A DNA stretch of 48,049 bases from a virus (Duplodnaviria > Caudoviricetes), in IMG/VR virus record IMGVR_UViG_3300037484_000103, positions 1-48,049 of that record, one strand, 5' to 3'. The position numbers and the translations under genes are program-made. Shown piece after piece: positions 44,265 to 48,049 of the stretch (the stretch's first letter is position 1; every line of letters begins with the position of its first letter). The notes beneath the pieces are model-generated. The model had not been told where the DNA came from and made no database searches. It worked only from the letters and a program-made list of their open reading frames with translations.

Positions 44265-44616
44265 CTTGCGCCTTTTTCATCCGGCTCTTGTTCGCGAGTC
44301 TCACAAGCAACTCCTTCAGTTTGCTCGATGCTTCCTCGAACGGCATAAACGGTTCAGTGGACTCCGGGAGTCTCTTTGTCTCTTGCTGCGGCCAGGCCAT
44401 ATCCTTGTCCATGCCGCATTTCACTTCTTCGATGACCGCCACATCGGGAGCAAACCTGAATTTCCCGCTGAAGGTGAGAATGAGTTGCTCGTACAGTGCC
44501 GCCAAGTCCGGATCTGTGAAACGGTTCAGGTATTGCAGCACCGTAGCCTTCTGCGCCGGCCGCTCGTAGCGCCCATAATATGATTCGATTCCCTGGAGAA
44601 ACTGAATGCCAGTCAT
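44251..44616 (-). CDS. Replication accessory protein (helicase loader/inhibitor-like)
   Basis: Follows the initiator; F.P.VA.I pattern. Confidence 0.5.
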   Translation of the reverse strand: MTGIQFLQGIESYYGRYERPAQKATVLQYLNRFTDPDLAALYEQLILTFSGKFRFAPDVAVIEEVKCGMDKDMAWPQQETKRLPESTEPFMPFEEASSKLKELLVRLANKSRMKKAQDARN

Positions 44617-45392
44617 TTCCATAACCCCCCTATGATTTCCTGGACTTCCGGACTCATGGCATCGGCTTGCATGTTTTCCAGCTCCTTCAGCACCCGAGGC
44701 CAGATTCCCCCGGCATTTAGCGCCGATGGCAAGAACGGTTGCTTGCGCCAGAACTTGTCCTCCGAATGCGTCAAGCGCCAAAAGGTAACAAGCACCGCCT
44801 TTGCGAACCCCTCCGGGTCGTCTCGGTCATTTGCCTTTTTCTCAAGCGCAAGGACATGCGGCCCCTCCCGCTTGAAGTTAAACTCGGTATCTCCGTTCCT
44901 AGCCGTGAAGGCGTTGAGAATCAGGTGGTATATCGCCCGGCCTTTGGCGACGCTCTTTTCTTGTTCTTTGTCTTGTTCCTTGGCTTTTTCTTTGTCTTTA
45001 TCTTTTTCTTTGGGTATATGGTTGTGGCATGGTTGCCGCATGCATGCCACATAGTTGTCCCATAGGCCGTGTTTTTGAAGTAAGGCTATGTGGCTAAGAC
45101 GAGCTCGGTTTGTCGTCTCTACGGTCAGGTCGCCGTACTGGAAGAAGCAGAAGTCAGTCAACCACCACTTTCCGTTGTCCAGGACTTGAATGTTTCCGTT
45201 TACTTTGGCCGGGAAGCTTTCCCAATCCACGTGTTCCCCGATAAGAAAATCTGCTTGCTCAAAATCCACCTTGATAACGCCGACGTTGTCGCATTCCGAT
45301 AAGAGATAAGCCCACGCAGATTTTTCTGCTGGCATGAGTTTCCGAAACCATTCCTTTCGCCAGGTAGCCGTATCGGAATAGCGTTTACTCAT
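44613..45392 (-). CDS. Phage replication initiator-like protein
   Basis: KR..DT..W...WFR.L...K..W.YL...CD..G N-terminus; KEKDKDKE linker; C-terminal helical domain. Confidence 0.7.
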   Translation of the reverse strand: MSKRYSDTATWRKEWFRKLMPAEKSAWAYLLSECDNVGVIKVDFEQADFLIGEHVDWESFPAKVNGNIQVLDNGKWWLTDFCFFQYGDLTVETTNRARLSHIALLQKHGLWDNYVACMRQPCHNHIPKEKDKDKEKAKEQDKEQEKSVAKGRAIYHLILNAFTARNGDTEFNFKREGPHVLALEKKANDRDDPEGFAKAVLVTFWRLTHSEDKFWRKQPFLPSALNAGGIWPRVLKELENMQADAMSPEVQEIIGGLWK

Positions 45393-45780
45393 CAGCCCCA
45401 TCTCTTCGAGAGTCAATTTTTTCTCTATATTTTATTCTTCTCTCAACAAGTTCTGCTCTTGTAATCGTTCCTGTGTTGATTAGGTTGATAAGATTTACAA
45501 GGTCATCAAAGAAGAAATGGTAAGCCCTAAGACATTCTATTAGTGATTCTTCGAAATCATCTCTACAGAGTCGCTCTGCCTCATGGCAGTCCTCGCATAA
45601 TGTTGATAGATCTTCTGCATCGTATTCCCATGGGTCTTTCCCTTTTTTGTAGAACCAGTGATGTACGTGAAGGGTATTTTCTGTATCTCCACAGCATTGG
45701 CACGTCCAGTTGTCGCGCTGCAAAATTTCCAATCTCTTCTTCTGCCAGCGCGGGTCTTTTAGTTTTTCCAGATAGGTCAT
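45385..45780 (-). CDS. HNH endonuclease
   Basis: LKDPRWQKKRLEIL.RD..TC..CG...LHVHH...L.TLC..CH. Confidence 0.85.
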   Translation of the reverse strand: MTYLEKLKDPRWQKKRLEILQRDNWTCQCCGDTENTLHVHHWFYKKGKDPWEYDAEDLSTLCEDCHEAERLCRDDFEESLIECLRAYHFFFDDLVNLINLINTGTITRAELVERRIKYREKIDSRRDGADE

Positions 45781-45788
45781 AGCCCCCC

Positions 45789-45998
45789 CTACTCCATGTA
45801 ATAGCAGGCCACATGCGCCCGTCCGCGGGTGGTGGGCACGCAAACCAGATCCATGCCGATGTCGTAGCCCATGCGCCGCAGCTCGTAGATGCGGGCCCCG
45901 AGGCGGTTGCAACCGTAGTCGTGAAGGGCGTCCAGCGGAGTAATGCGCCGGCCTTTCAGCAGGTCGCCGAGGATTTCCTCATTCTGCGTCGTGGTCAA
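45789..45998 (-). CDS. Winged HTH protein
   Basis: Q...IL..L..G..IT..DA...YG..RL.ARI.ELR..GY.I. Confidence 0.8.
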   Translation of the reverse strand: MTTTQNEEILGDLLKGRRITPLDALHDYGCNRLGARIYELRRMGYDIGMDLVCVPTTRGRAHVACYYME

Positions 45999-46007
45999 GG
46001 TTGCCCC

Positions 46008-48049
46008 CTAATCAAACAGTCTCAGTTCCCTGAAATGTGTCTCCGCATATTGGCAATTCTCTACGGCAATTCGGAAATAAGATTCCTTCAACTCGATACC
46101 AATTCCTTTCCTGCCGAACCGGATTGACTGATAGACTTCAGAACCTATTCCCATGAATGGCGTGAGAATCGTCTCCCCGGGATTGCTATACAATTTTATG
46201 CATCGCTCAATCGTCCCGAGTTGTAGCGGGCAGATATGCTTTTCGTCGTCTTTGTCTCTGGCTGATGAATAGCGGAGCACATCGGATTCACTGATTCCGA
46301 ACCAGATACCATGCGCCCAGGCGATCCATGTTTCGTTATCCATTTCCTTGTTTTTCACCGGCTCAATCGGTACTTGATTTTCCCCCGCTTTCTGGAATAT
46401 CAAAACCTGATCTACGATTGCCGGGCGAATATCGGCCGCATCCCTTCGGAGTTGGGCAAACAACAGCCCCTTACTATGCGTCCGGATCGCCTGCGCCTGC
46501 GGATTCTTCTGTACAAACGCACGCCCGCAGAATGTCCAGCCCTCGGACATGTGCGCCCGGATAACTTCTCCCGGGAAATCCTTCATCCCGATATATCCAT
46601 CCTTGACAGCCAGGGCGGGAATATCGCTTGTATGAACGCAAGACAGCCTTCCCGGTTTCGTGACCCGCAGCACTTCCCGAATAATGAACCCGTAATGAAT
46701 AAAAAACTCTCCCCAACCCTTGCTGTTTCCTAAATCATTCTCGCTATTAGTGTAGGTATACAGATCGGCGAACGGTGGGGAGTATACTGATAGGTCAATC
46801 GAATCGTTTTCTATCTTGGAAAGTTCTCGGCATGAATCCCCGTGTATTGCCGTGAAGTTATTTCCTTCTGCGGGTTCGAGATATGTCTCTTCTTTCGCCT
46901 TCCCGTTTCCGTTCAAGTGCAACTCCTTGCGCTCATAAATAGAAATATTGCGTAACAGCTCGGATACCATTAGCTTTGCTACTCGTTCTTTTCGCATGAC
47001 ATTCTGATAGATTTCCTGCTCGGCTTCGGATATGACTATGTAGATGTTCACGGGATGCTTTTGGCCGTAGCGCCACTGGCGGCGGATGCACTGATAATAG
47101 GCTTCCCATGAATCCGATAGTCCAAAGAAAATCGCATTATGGGAGTTCTGGAAGTTCATTCCATGGCCGCAGATTTTCGGCTTACTGACCAAGATTCTGT
47201 ATTTCCTGTCCTGAAAATCCTCGAGGTCTTTTATCTTCTGTTCCTGCGGATCATCTCCCTTTACTTCCCTCGAATCTTTTGCTTCGGCTGACAGGGCCGT
47301 GGTCTCTGATTGCAGTCCGCCCCATAGAATCCACTGGCCCGGGTCTTTCGATAGCAATTCCGATACGATAGACAGCCGACCCCGGATGGTGGCCCTGCGT
47401 ACTTTAGTCCTGTCCTGTATGCCTTTCAGTTTGGAATGGAATAATTCTCCAGAGGGAATATAGTCAGACTTCACGATCATCGGAATAATGTTTAACGGGG
47501 GAAGGATGTACCCCTCGTCACTATAGCCAAGTTCCGAAGGCCGGGTCATGGCAATCGCCCAGGATGCCATCCATTCGTAGAACGGTCCCCGGGCGTGATT
47601 TTTCAATCTCCATTCCTGGCCCTCTTTATTCCCGTGCTTCTTTCGGATAATTGTCCCGTCCTCATATTCATGCTCATCCTGCTTGTTTGCATGAATGAAA
47701 AACATGGCCAGCATTTCAACGGACTTACAAACCCCTAAAAACTCCGCATGGTTTCCTATTTCGCTTTGATCGTTCGGCGCAGGCGTAGCGGTGCAACATA
47801 GGCGATATTTCGTGTTCGCGCATTGTTCTGTGAGATAGCGCCGGGTCACGCTTCCGATTGATTTCAGGATAGACGATTCATCAAGCACTACGGCTCCGAA
47901 TTGTGAGAAGTCAAGGGTCTCGATCATTTCGTAATTGCACGTATAGATTTGGCAATCCTCTTTTATTTCAGACATGCTCCGAATGTAGCGGATTTCAATT
48001 CCTATTTTCTTACCTTCTCTAATTGTTTGCCGAGTAACAGATAGCGGGG
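46008..48049 (-). CDS. SF2 helicase - N4/N6 DNA methyltransferase fusion (C-terminal part; full gene about 787 aa from TTG 550)
   Basis: LDESS, TATP, G.N.Q and R.WRYGQ helicase motifs; then SPPF and PFMGIGS (beta-class MTase). Confidence 0.9.
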   Translation of the reverse strand, partial: PLSVTRQTIREGKKIGIEIRYIRSMSEIKEDCQIYTCNYEMIETLDFSQFGAVVLDESSILKSIGSVTRRYLTEQCANTKYRLCCTATPAPNDQSEIGNHAEFLGVCKSVEMLAMFFIHANKQDEHEYEDGTIIRKKHGNKEGQEWRLKNHARGPFYEWMASWAIAMTRPSELGYSDEGYILPPLNIIPMIVKSDYIPSGELFHSKLKGIQDRTKVRRATIRGRLSIVSELLSKDPGQWILWGGLQSETTALSAEAKDSREVKGDDPQEQKIKDLEDFQDRKYRILVSKPKICGHGMNFQNSHNAIFFGLSDSWEAYYQCIRRQWRYGQKHPVNIYIVISEAEQEIYQNVMRKERVAKLMVSELLRNISIYERKELHLNGNGKAKEETYLEPAEGNNFTAIHGDSCRELSKIENDSIDLSVYSPPFADLYTYTNSENDLGNSKGWGEFFIHYGFIIREVLRVTKPGRLSCVHTSDIPALAVKDGYIGMKDFPGEVIRAHMSEGWTFCGRAFVQKNPQAQAIRTHSKGLLFAQLRRDAADIRPAIVDQVLIFQKAGENQVPIEPVKNKEMDNETWIAWAHGIWFGISESDVLRYSSARDKDDEKHICPLQLGTIERCIKLYSNPGETILTPFMGIGSEVYQSIRFGRKGIGIELKESYFRIAVENCQYAETHFRELRLFD
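47822..48049. repeat. Terminal direct repeat / circular overlap (copy 2)
   Basis: See 1..228. Confidence 0.95.

Noticed and set aside
44955-45012. Purine-rich repeats in the initiator gene as iterons
   Set aside because: Explained by the KEKDKD low-complexity linker; no exact repeated units, though an origin here cannot be excluded

Overview
The window is an apparently complete, circularly permuted tailed-phage genome of about 47,821 bp, with 1..228 repeating 47822..48049. It is siphovirus-like and essentially every gene lies on the minus strand. In transcription order it carries: a replication module (SF2 helicase fused to a DNA methyltransferase and spanning the contig ends, HNH nuclease, initiator); a nonulosonic (sialic/pseudaminic) acid cassette (NeuB-like synthase, PseH-like GNAT, PseF/NeuA-like cytidylyltransferase); a sigma-like regulator and tRNAs; packaging and head genes; a fibre module; neck genes; two tail-tube paralogues; a frameshifted tail chaperone; tape measure and tail tip; lysis genes; and an early operon with Bet/Exo recombination genes, many small ORFs and a structured-RNA island. 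I found no integrase or CI-type repressor. A DUF261-like lysin hints at a spirochaete host, which is a weak inference. The leading candidate novel system is virion O-glycosylation with a nonulosonic acid: two paralogous Cst-II/Maf-fold transferase-like genes sit inside the structural operon, the phage encodes the CMP-sugar supply steps, and the virion proteins are full of Ser-Thr (often STG) motifs. The second is a pair of promoter-proximal, C4/CI-like antisense RNA switches with orthogonal loop-target sequences. All protein family calls come from motif recognition by eye; no database search was run.
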